In this document: positions 24,261-34,965 of the stretch, one piece after another
How positions within the stretch are numbered: the stretch's first letter is position 1
Layout of the letters: every line of letters begins with the position of its first letter
From: Corythoichthys intestinalis
Lineage: Eukaryota
Assembly: GCF_030265065.1 (NCBI RefSeq)
Contig: NC_080406.1
Coordinates: forward strand, 15,913,094-15,977,093
Length of the DNA: 64,000 nt
Reading direction: 5' to 3'
Notes under the pieces: generated by a model
Databases searched by the model: none
The model's input: only the letters and a program-made list of their open reading frames with translations
Told to the model about the DNA's origin: nothing
Translations under genes and position numbers: made by a program

Positions 24261-25812
24261 GCAGGGGTCCCCAACCTTTTTTGCACCACGGACCGGTGTG
24301 GTATGTGTCTTTTTTCACGGACCGGTGTTCTGTCAAATTTTGCACCCTTATTAAATTTTGCTCCCAAAGCTTTTGTGGCGGTGAAAAAAAGCACTCTTTT
24401 ATATTCCGTTGGACTCTCAATGTTATCAAACAGTGCTAAAAAACTATTTACATCATAACCATACATGTGCAACACGAAAATGGCATAAATTATTGCGTAA
24501 CGACATGGCGAAGTCGTTAAGTGAGAGAGCGCCGTGCAGTTGTTGTGTGCAGCTAACGTAAGTTAAGATTTCTTTCTTTAAAGAAAGTTTGTAGTGTATA
24601 CTTTGGAATCGCTGCATTCGTGGTCATTTTTAACGTTACGCGTAAGCCTGTCGCAATATGCAATAATTCCATTTATCGCGCGATAAATAAAAATGAACGT
24701 GGTCATTTTTCGCTGCGATTTATCGCCTCGTGTGCAAGTGCGTGCGCGCGTGCGGCAGACGTGCTGTTAAAAGTTCGGATTCCTCATTACCAACTGCGCA
24801 AAATGCATCTTCGTTCCACGTCCGGCATAAACTAGCGCCGGATCGTTCCCATTATATCCTATTGTTCAACGTATACCGGCCGCGCCAGTGCTCCGGAGTG
24901 GACCATCTATGGGGCGCCAGTGTTGTTGACGTGTGGGCGCTCCCGTCAGGAGTGACATTTCACGCGGGGCGGCTATTTTTTGGCACAACGCCGAATATTT
25001 ACAACGAAGTACGCCAAAACGTTGTTACCGACTTGGCTGCTACGAACAACCTGAATGAAATTAAGAGCGCTGTGCATCAAACTCGTCCTGTTTATGAAAG
25101 TCGATTGTCATATGCTGGTGTTGTGTAGTAATGAGCAGACGTGACTTCAGCGGCGCTTGCACTTTTTTAATAGATATCATGAAATGGCAAACTAGATCTG
25201 CTACGTCCCATGCCATTGGCTACGTGAGCCCAGAGTGATTATGGGACACGTAGTCCGTATACTACATCGATGAATTCTAAACTGTCATGACTGAATGGAA
25301 GTTAAGAAGGCCAAATCAATCCATACCAGTGACTATAGATAATGTTGCAAATATTGTTAATTCAGTACGTGACACAGATGGATTCGGACCACAAATAGGA
25401 TGTCTTGCTCATGTAGTAAACCTAGCTGCTAAGAGAGCTGTAGCAATCAACAGTGTGCCCTGCCTCACTTTACAAACAGTAAAGATTGTTCTCAGCACTT
25501 TTATACAATTTTTTTCAGATCAGTAAGAAGTAAGCACATAAATATTATGCACTAAAATGCATGTTTATATGATGGCAATTTAATTTTTGCTCGTTAGCAA
25601 AAAAACAAAAACGAAACAAAAAATATAATTTTTTTTTTTTTTTTTTTTTTTTACAGAGCATTAAATGTATTGAATCGGAACAAAAATCGTGTCGCCCGTA
25701 TCAAAAATCGTACCGAACGGTGACTTAACTGTATTGTTGCATCCCAATGGAACACCATTGCAGAAGCTATGACGGGAAAAGTTTTCATTTGCCTAAATGC
25801 TTAAGTTATTTA

Positions 25813-25850
<38 letters not shown>

Positions 25851-27011
25851 ACATTTTATTTATTCTGTGTTTCTGTGCGGTATCAATATTGTTTTTTTTT
25901 TTTACTTAAGAGGCATGGTCTATTGTTTTTAGTTGTGATTTCTTAAAAAGTATCTTTGAATTTAAGAGTAAATATCGCGTTTAAACGGGTGTACTTGATC
26001 TATTAATATATACTGTATTCTCACTGTGTTATTGTAAATTGGTTAAAAAAAAATTGGGGGGGGCCGCAATAATATCGCATTTCGCAATAATTTATGAGAA
26101 TAATTATCGCACACTAAAATTTGTTATCGCGACAAGCCTAGTTACGCGCATGCCAAATTTGTCAGAACACCGGCAATGTGCGGCAAAAAAATATAACAAA
26201 TATAAAATAACTTTGTTTTTAGCTCCGTCGTGTTAAGTGCAGGGAAAATACAACTCACCTGCTGAATCAGTGGGAGGCCTGAGCTTGTTTTGTTGAGACG
26301 AAATAGTCCCGAGATGGGAAAGTGACAGAAGCCCGCTTCACAAAGATACGATGTTGGAAATTGTAGGACAGTTTTCAGTAACCTCCTAGCGATGTCAGGA
26401 TATTCCGAAATGACTTTAGTCCAGAACCTCGGTAGAGTTGTTGTCTCAAATGTACGTTTAAGGTCGCCGTGATTTGCGATCTCTACAAGCTGATATTCCT
26501 GTTGCACAGACATGCTCGAATCTCTCGGTTCATTCACATACGGGTCACGAATTCACTCCTTCGCAGTTCATGGGTCTTTAGTGACTGGGAAGTAGCATAG
26601 ATTTTGTTTTCTTTGAGGTTGTAGGCTCATCTTCTTTTCCCTTTTCCCCGTAAAAAAATCTGTCCAAAGACGTCTGTTTTTCAGTCATTCTCATGTGGGG
26701 GCTAATTATTTCCAGGAGCAAATGTGACGGGCGACGACCTACGTCATACGTTATTATCGAGGCCGAGCGCACATAGATATACAAAACAAGATGTACTGCT
26801 AACAGTCCAATCAATGCATTTCTATGACGACCTCCTATCCTGTAGTTGTATATCTAGAGTAGACAGGGATATTGGTGTGTTCAGCGGCACAGGCCAAAGT
26901 CAATCAGCCAGAATGCAGTCATTAATAAATAATTTATTATTTCTGCGTGGCCCGGTACCAAATGTGCCACGGACTGGTACCGGTCCACGGCCCGGTTGTT
27001 GCGGACCCCTG
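24261..27011 (-). mobile_element. hAT superfamily element (Charlie-like), 2.75 kb, decayed, with perfect 8-bp target-site duplications 'TGCTATGG'.
   Basis: Terminal inverted repeats 'CAGGGGTCCCCAAC' at 24261 and 'GTTGCGGACCCCTG' ending at 27011. 'tgctatgg' occurs at 24253-24260 and 27012-27019. Internal transposase remnant at 26142-26537. Confidence 0.8.
26142..26537 (-). pseudogene. hAT transposase C-terminal dimerisation-domain remnant ('..LPRFWTKVISEYPDIARRLLKTVLQFPTSYLCEAGF..').
   Basis: The 131-aa ORF carries the hAT-Charlie signature 'FW..EYP.LA..A..vL.fP.SYLCE.GFS', comparable with GTF2IRD2 and ZBED5 C-termini. It lies inside an element bounded by terminal inverted repeats and target-site duplications. 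Confidence 0.7.
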
Positions 27012-27409
27012 TGCTATGGCACCATATAGACATGTTGTTCTATCAAACACCGCAGTTGTTTTGGCTTAAAATACGGCAGTGTTTTATTGAATTACAATGT
27101 TAAGAAATTACATTTTCAATATGATTTCCATTATTATCAAAATGCGTAATTTGATGTGCCTTGCAAAATTCAGGTGAAATCGATTGAATAGGTTTACATT
27201 GCTGTCGAATAAATAAAAGAGTAAAATTCCTATGTACCCAGACTTTGTGGAGACCCTGAACATCAGCTTACTTGAGATCTAACTGTCGCGAATGTGCCCG
27301 CGGATCAAAATGAGTTTGACACCCCTGCTTTAAAGATAACCTTGTATGTAATTCCATTTTTACTCACCATTTCATGCATAAGATCGGTCAATATTAGTGT
27401 GTGACTTGG

Positions 27410-29010
27410 TTAAAGCGCGTCATAATAGTAGGCATTAATTTCCATAAAAAGCATGTGTGTATGATTCGTATCATCTTTACATTACACACACACACACACA
27501 CACTCTTTGTCAACACAGAGAGTTGCCAGAGAGAAAATACATGTTTTACCACCGCTAGACACACTAAACACGCAGGAGTTAACTCCCGTAGCTGGTGGGA
27601 ATTGTTCATGACACTGTTTACTAGGGTTGTTCCGATCATGTTTTTTTGCCCCCGATCCGATCCCGATCGTTTTAGTTTAAGTATCTGCCAGTCCCGATAT
27701 TTCCCGATCCGATTGCTTTTTTTTTTTGCTCCTGATTCAATTCCAATCATTCCCGATAATTTTTTCCGATCATATACATTTTGGCAATGCTTTAAGGAAA
27801 AAAATGAATAAAACTTGAATGAATATATACATTCAACATACAGTACATAAGTACTGTATTTGTTTATTATGACAATAAATCGTCAAGATGGCATTTACAT
27901 TATTAACATTCTTTCTGTGAGAGGGATCCACGGATAGAAAGACATGTAATTCTTAAAGGATAAATGTGACTTTGTATATTGTGACTAAATGTTGCCATCT
28001 AGTGTATTTGTTGAGCTTTGCCATTTAACGTCTGCCCAAATGCATGATGGGAAGTGCAACCATGACTATGCGTAGCGGTACTAATTGATATATCTTCTCT
28101 GCGTTGGGAAATAACATAGGGTGTTAAGAAAAAGATCAATTACTACCTTTCATCCCCACATTGCTTCCCACGATATTTCTAATCGTAGGGAGAAGGATTG
28201 TAAGGTTTTAGCCAATTAAAAAAAGGCTCCAAAGGCTGCCAAAATTCACTCTACTCATTTTACGCTTCCTTATAGCTCTATATATAGGTAATACGGCGCC
28301 ATTATAGATTGAATGCGACAATGCGTGGGTGGGTCGTGCAGCGCATGCGTTAATTGCGATAAATATTTTAACGTGATAAATTTGATAACCCTATTTTAAG
28401 CCTAAACTAAAGACTCTGGATGAGTGTAACATATTATGTCTGTAACGTTAAATACAATTAGAAAACGATTTCAATAAAAAATATATATATATTAAAAAAA
28501 AGGCATGTCCGATATTTTTTTGTCGATTCCGATACTTTGAAAATGACGTGATCGGGACATCTCTACTGTTTACTAACCTTTAGTTTTGTATAAATGCGAA
28601 ATCATATTGGCGGTATTGCCTCCTCGGCAGCCACCCTTCGCGAACATGTTTTCCATGTCGGTTGGCCCTCCTCCTCTAAGCCGTGGCCGTCTGAAACTTT
28701 TCTGTAGCTGACGTATTCCCATACCAGCGGTTTCCTTTTTTTTCGCTGGGGAAAAAAGTTCAGGAGTTTCACCTCCTCCAGCAATCGTGTCGCACAGTTG
28801 ACTCACTGACACTGAGCAATAACCGGTAGGGGAGGGTTGAGCCTTCCAGCTACAAGCGAGGGATTTCTCCATGCATTTTTGGGACATTAAAAATAGCTGA
28901 TACCTTAGGGACGGTGAGACGGAAGATTTTTGCGGCTTTGAAATCTTGACGTTTTCATACTACGGTATACCTTGAAACCGGTAATTGACCCATGTCTAGT
29001 CATAAGTGTG
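27410..29010. repeat. Interspersed repeat, family R3, with an internal insertion at about 27620-28560 that includes a (CA)n run at 27484-27503. A shorter copy lies at 49060-49635.
   Basis: 27410-27620 matches 49060-49250 and 28560-29010 matches 49250-49635. The minus ORFs 28573-28887 and 49270-49506 are the same repeat-encoded frame. Confidence 0.6.
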
Positions 29011-29290
29011 GTTCATGATTTGATTGCAATCGCTTTTGTAAGTCTAACCAGTCTACAAACAAGCAGATTTGAAATTGGTGAAGGTGTGACATTACACCCT
29101 GCTTTATTAACCAAGTACGTACCCACTGCTAACAGCCACTCACCTAGGGCCAATCACAGCAAAAATTCAAATTCGATTCAGATGATTCTAATGAGATTCC
29201 AGTTGTTACCGTTGAACTAGTACTTACACCAAAGTTCTTAAACAACATTATTTTTGATATCGTATGTTATTCATACAATCTTGTATTGCA

Positions 29291-29369
29291 GGACTATGTA
29301 TTCAGAGGCTAGCTTTGATATGGTACCACAAATATGGAACTGGTCAAAAATCTTCCAAATGCAGATTTC
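29291..29369 (+). CDS. Candidate VWA5-like exon ('(R)TMYSEASFDMVPQIWNWSKIFQMQIS').
   Basis: 'tattgcag' acceptor and 'ttca|gtaagt' donor. Entry phase 2 exactly matches the exit phase of the large exon, and the exit phase matches the next exon. Confidence 0.5.
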
Positions 29370-29507
29370 AGTAAGTTAAGAAATTTACTTCATTTTTTTT
29401 CTTCAAACCGTTTGACAATTTTTGCTGCGCAGTAACTTTAAGAGCCTTTGCAGCAACAAAACATAATAAGCAACACACCCTTGCAACATCTTAAATATGT
29501 GTTACAG

Positions 29508-29610
29508 GATGGCTTCTGGGAGTTGACTGGAAAACTGGCCAAGTTTGTTGACATGGACCTGGATGTCTTTGTCAATGAGTTCCTTGAAAGTAAAGGTATC
29601 CGCTCTCTAG
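29508..29610 (+). CDS. VWA5-like C-terminal exon ('DGFWELTGKLAKFVDMDLDVFVNEFLESKGIRSL').
   Basis: 'gttacag' acceptor and 'ctag|gtaaga' donor. The 'DG(S/F)WEL' motif is typical of the VWA5 family C-terminal region. Confidence 0.7.
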
Positions 29611-29947
29611 GTAAGATCCACTTCCTCCCATGATAGATAGAATAATACAAATATTTATATGTATAGTACTTACTAAATTAAGATTTGTGTTGATGTTTAA
29701 CAGGACCTCTGATTTGTATAAAAAGGTGCACATTGGTTCCAATATGGTTGTGTTTACGAATATACTCCAATTACAAACATCTTTAAACACTGCTGCACCC
29801 TTAAAAATACCATACGTTACACCATTGTGACATAGAATGCTTATAGAGAAGCACATGCCTTTTTGCTGACTCTGCTAAATAGTCAGTTGCAAGCACACTT
29901 TTGATTAGCTACTGTGTTTATTTATATTTCCTTACGGGCTTGCGAAG

Positions 29948-30077
29948 GTGTAAAGGCCCGCGCTGACATTCTGAGGCTCCTGGCGACTCTCCTAGTCCTG
30001 CAGATGATGCGTTTGGCGAAGCTTCCAGAAGGTGTACTACTGCGTACACTCTTCTGTCTGGAGGATGCTCCTGTCAG
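29948..30077 (+). CDS. VWA5-like C-terminal exon ('GVKARADILRLLATLLVLQMMRLAKLPEGVLLRTLFCLEDAPV').
   Basis: 'gcgaag' acceptor chosen because it is the only phase-compatible option. 'tcag|gtaaag' donor, no stop in frame. Confidence 0.55.
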
Positions 30078-30354
30078 GTAAAGCTCATCACAAATAGAAG
30101 GCTTGGCATGGGCTCTTAGCATGAAAACTCCACTTAAATGCTGCTCGGAATTTTTCCGTCTAAATTAAAAGAAAATAATAATAATTATTATATTACCATG
30201 TTTCCAAGACTTGCCCAAACTAACAAAGACATGCACTCATCTTCATATAACCTCATCATACGCACCAAGCAGCAATTTGGAGGTTTTGAAAGGGAACCTC
30301 GGACTTGAAGACTTGTTGGCTCTAATAAGCCACAATTGTTCTCTTTTACTAAAA

Positions 30355-30438
30355 TACAGTGGGGAGAACAAGTATTTGATACACAGTCAATGGGAAAAGC
30401 CATTGGCAGTGTATCAAATACTTGTTCTCCCCACTGTA
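30355..30438. mobile_element. Tc1-like MITE: two terminal inverted repeats back to back with the internal region deleted. A solo inverted repeat of the same family lies at 44231-44270.
   Basis: 'tacagtggggagaacaagtatttgatacac' and its reverse complement 'gtgtatcaaatacttgttctccccactgta' are separated by about 24 bp. Confidence 0.65.
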
Positions 30439-30619
30439 TGTTAATAGAAACACATTAAATATTGCCATTGATTTAAAAATCTATAATATTTCGTACATCT
30501 TTTCACCTACTGAGGGCGCCGTGTTTTACGCGTGCCTGGGGCTGATGGCGCGGTTGGGCTGGACTGGGAGAATAGCTGTGCTAGCTAGCAAGCGAAGCTA
30601 ATATGACGACTGGTATGAT

Positions 30620-31000
30620 TGTGTCACATTCTGCTGCTGGTCAGATTGCTTTGTTACAGAGATGTGGGATGAGTTCCAAACGTCGTTCCTGCATCCAATT
30701 CCAGCTCATCAGCAGTGTCTTTATACCGATCCTAGGCGGCTTGCCGAAACATTGACTTGCTGCCACTTGAAAGTTTCTATATACCTTTGCTGCAAGTTGC
30801 ATCATTGCCTTGCTTTTCTCGTCTGCCTCTCACCGCTGTTTTTTTTTTGTATTTTTTATTGGTCCCGACCTACTGTCACTGACCCTTTTTGTGCCGCCCT
30901 TTTCTCAGTCGTGTGTTTTTTGTGTGTTCAATAAATCCTTTCACGCAATCCCTATGTTATTGTTGTCTGCTTGCTGTCTGAGGTGAGCCATGTTTTCTAA
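30620..31000. repeat. Interspersed repeat, copy of 4150-4700.
   Basis: Shared 'tgtcacattctgctgctggt(c/t)agattg..' start and similar downstream segments. Confidence 0.4.
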
Positions 31001-32065
31001 TTCCGTGGTTAAGCCGGGCGCACTTTCTTTTCAGTTGCGTTTCCCTTTCAGGTTTTACCGCACTGACAGACAACGCATGTGGGTTGCAATTGGTTTATAA
31101 GGAAAATCCTGACTCTTAACGTCACGCGGAAGCTCATCACTTTTCCGCTCGGGTTCAAATTGGAAGGGCAGAACCGACGACATGTTTATGTAGGTAACGA
31201 GTGACACTGTGGAAGTACGGCAGCGCTGTCCAGTGACATCACCGCCCAAAGTGCATTGCGTCGTCAACCAAAATGGCGACCTACTAGTTAATCATTTTTC
31301 TAATTTTATTAAGAATAAACATTCAGAGGGGTTTGAATATCAAATTATTATAACTCATACTAACATTTATCTTTTAAGAACTACAAGTCTTTCTGTCCGT
31401 GGTTCCCATCAAGTTGCATATCTCCTCTTAAGCCCCTACAGATACGCGTATTAAAATTGTGAAACTTGAGTCACGAACCTATCTTGTGGTGCAGGACAAT
31501 AGCATTGGGACACATGTTCAAGTTGAGTTAAAATCAAATTCGTTCGCATCTGCTTGTATCAAGTGATTGATGTCCACTGTGCCATTATCTGATTTGCCGC
31601 GGACATCATGGGAGCATTGCAGATTTTTGGCATACTAGCTGTTAATTTGTTGAGGTAATCTGGAGAAATTTCACTCCATATTTCCCAGATGCCCTTTCCA
31701 TAAATTAGATTGGCTTGATGGGCACTTCTTGCATACCACACAGTCAAGCTGCTATCACAACAGCTCTATGAGGTTAAAGTGCCTGTGACACAAAAAAGCA
31801 TGTTAATTTCATATTACAAATTCATATTGCTCCTGAATGAAATGGACCGCTTAAATGTGTGTGGAAGAGACCGATATATTTATTCAATTTTTTGAATCCC
31901 TCGCCATGAAAATGAGTGACTTCTGGCCAGAGTCTGGAATGAGGAAGAAGGCGAATGTCACATCAGCGGACTAATCATTTTCACAATACAGCCATTACTA
32001 TAATATGCAGAATGACCGCGGATTCAGTTGAATTTGCAGATTAATTCGTTTATTTTTTTGTTTCA

Positions 32066-32245
32066 TGGAAACCCAATGTGCTGCAGGCTTTTGTTGCTAC
32101 ACCAGGGAGAGTGGTGTGAGGCTTTTTGGATTTCCAAAAGATCCTCTTCATTGCGAACAATGGGCAAAACAAGTCCGACAATCTAGAGACCTCTGCGTCC
32201 CCGGCGACGAGCACTGCCTGCCTGCCGGGGCCGCAGCAGAATGAT
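32066..32245 (+). pseudogene. THAP zinc-finger domain remnant ('METQCAAGFCCYTRESGVRLFGFPKDPLHCEQWAKQVRQSRDLCVPGDEHC'), probably derived from a P-element or THAP transposon.
   Basis: The 59-codon open frame contains the THAP signature 'C..G(F)C..........LF.FPKDP....W...VR', then a premature stop or frameshift. Confidence 0.45.
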
Positions 32246-34135
32246 GAGCCGAAACTGGCTCGCCGCCGGGGGCTGGCTGATCGGTGAAGACAATCACAAT
32301 GAGTCGAAGTAGTTTTGTGTAATTTTTTTGTTTTCGAAAGGCGAGAAAGAGATTTGGAAGAGTCGCTCGGTTCGGGTTAGCATGTCGCCTAGCTCTCATA
32401 CCTCCTGTATTGTTTACGCTCTTTCCTCCATCACCGAAGCCGGGGCAGGGACATGAGAAAAGCCGGACTGACTACATTGGCATAAAATACCATTCGGGAG
32501 GTGTAAGAAGTTGAATGATTTGACCATTATGCAGTAATTTAGCCCTGTTGTACTGAATAAATGCATTTTTAATACTTCATATTTCATTTACCACAAGACT
32601 GTTATTTGTCATAACTATACAATTTTTTAGCAATTGGGAAAAAATACTTTGATAAAAAGAATATCCTGTATGATTTTGGAGTAGAGAGATAAAAATCATG
32701 ACATTTTGCTGCTCTCTGTCACATTTTCCTCGTTCTGAATCTTCCTCCTCCATTGGGCTGAATTCTAAATCAGCTGAAATCGTTACTCTGCTGACGTCAT
32801 CACCCAGATGGCGGCGCCAGAGTGCCATAATGACAAGAGTAGCTAAACAGCAGATTGAAAAAAATGGTTGTATATAGTCAAATCGTCTCAAATTATAATT
32901 TCAATTCCCATAATAATTCTATTTAATTTAGATTTTTTTATGGTGTCACAGGCACTTTAAGATCTAGTGATTGTGCTGGCCACTCCTTTTCAGATAGAAA
33001 AACAGCTGCTTGCTTCTTTGCTAAGTAGTTCATACATAATTTGGAGGTGTGCTTTAAGTCATTGTCCTGCAGAAGGATAAGATTTGCTCCAATAAAGTGT
33101 GTTATTTGGCCTACAGGCCTGCCTTTTTTGAACATTCAAGTCTTAAACTCTGTTTCATATTTAGGGAGATTTCGCTTGTCTTGAGTTTTAAGGATTTAGG
33201 ATTTATTGTCATAAGATTTCTCAGTCCAATTCTATGTGACGCCTCGACAGTGTATATCTTATTTACATCCATTGTATTTTTTTTTTTTAACTGTTTGGCG
33301 CAAACCAGGCCAAACCATTGGCAGGAAGTGAAGAAGGCAGTGGACTGGGCCCGCTGGGCCGACCGCCAGTACCCGTGCATCTGTAGCCGCCTGGAGTTCG
33401 GTTTAACTTGGGAGTCAGCAACCCGCCAACTACTGGGTCATGATGACATCCCCGCCTTCTCACCCCTTGCCGGCCTAAAACTGAGGACGAATATGTCTGC
33501 TGCCCTCGACTCTGTGGTGGTCAGCTAATTGGTACTTCTTAAAACACATTTTCAATTTTTAGCAGGAGTTAATGAATTTGCAGTCCTCCAAATAAGGGTT
33601 GAACTCTGTTTCCTAAGAAGAAAATCCCGGTAACACTAGACTTGAATGGTTATCATAACACTGTCAAAAGAAAAACCTGTCATGAACGTGATTGAATTTG
33701 AGAGATGTCCTAACGAAGTTCTAAGCCTAACATAGTTCCTAACTGATAGGCATTTGAAACTCTGCCAACTTTGCAAGAAAAGGGACCTAATTTGTGGAAT
33801 GAAACTGCAGGGGTTTTAGTGTTTTTATGTCAGTTTCTGTTTTATTTCACTTGTGTATTTCTTTTGCAGTAGGTTCCACCTCTGATCATTGAAGGCATAC
33901 ACAGCTAGAAACAGTTCACCAATCAAGCCATCATCCAATCAGCATCTGCCTTCAGTATTAGTTCAGTTGTTTGCTTTGTTCAAGGGAGGTGGCAGTTCTC
34001 GATTTGTGTTGGTACTTTGATTATGCTATATTGTTTTGCCTTGTTATAATTTAGCTCTTGAATTTTGCCTTTTGATATTTGGTTTTTAAAGTGATTGATT
34101 TATTAATGTTCTAATTCTGTCTTCGACTTCATGTA

Positions 34136-34965
34136 CAGTGGTACCGCTTCGACACACGATCTTTTCAACATCCGACGTAAAATTAGACTTGTCATTTTTC
34201 TACATCGCACGATGTGCTCGAAATACGACGATTTATGACAGCTTCTTTGTTTTGCCGCGAGACGCACACACGAAGGATTTTCTTGTGAGGGAAACAACAC
34301 CTGTTCCAAGAAGGTTAGTGCAGGTGGTGAAAAAAGGAAAAAGATGTTTACCATTGAAATGAAGATGGATATGATAGAAAAATATGAGCGTGGAGTACGC
34401 ATCGTGAACTGGCTCGGCAATTCAGCCGTAGAATCTCTACGATCCCGACGGTCCTCCTCCGACATCCCTTCACCAGTCTTTATACGTTAAGGTGACAGTT
34501 ATTATTGTGGTAACATCGCCAAAGTAATCACCAGCTCCATCAGGTTTTTATCATTTATGTCAGAACTTGTGCAACACAACACGCCTACTGTCCGCCGCAG
34601 TTGACGCCAACAACAAAACATTAAAAGAAAAAGGAAAATCTTGACCGCACCTTTCTCTTTTTGTCACGTCAGCCACGCGGTGCATTCAGGTACAGCACAA
34701 AAAACACGTCCGCCACCTTAGAACCCAATTCATTACATTACAGGAATTATTATTTCATTATTCCAGTTTTTATAATATATTTGTTTTGCTATATGTAATT
34801 TCCATTTGTAATAGTAAAAGGATTTAGTGTAGATTTTCAGGCTGAAGAATGGATTAATGGAATTATATTGTATTCTTACGGGAAAATCCTGCTCAACATA
34901 CGATCATTTCAACTTACAAACAAGGTCCTGGAACAAATTAACTTCGTATGTAGAGGTACCACTGT
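34136..34965 (+). mobile_element. Non-autonomous pogo/Tigger-like (Tc1/mariner superfamily) element with TA target-site duplications. It retains a frameshifted CENP-B-type helix-turn-helix remnant.
   Basis: Terminal inverted repeats 'CAGTGGTACCGCTTCGACACACGATC' at 34136 and '..GGTACCACTG' ending at 34965, flanked by 'ta' on both sides. Internal frames at 34336-34440 read 'MFTIEMKMDMIEKYERGVRIV' then '..ELARQFSRRISTIPTVL', which is a pogo N-terminal HTH_psq-like motif. Confidence 0.6.

Noticed and set aside
28573-28887. Minus-strand ORF 'MSQKCMEKSLACS..', and its twin at 49270-49506, as a conserved gene
   Set aside because: The two ORFs are conserved only because both lie in copies of repeat family R3. 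They are interrupted differently and have no recognisable domain.
29956-30077. Starting the last identified VWA5 exon at the 'taaag|gcccgc' acceptor
   Set aside because: That start gives an immediate in-frame stop when joined to the phase-1 exit of the exon at 29508-29610. The upstream 'gcgaag|gtgtaaagg' acceptor at 29948 is the only phase-compatible choice.
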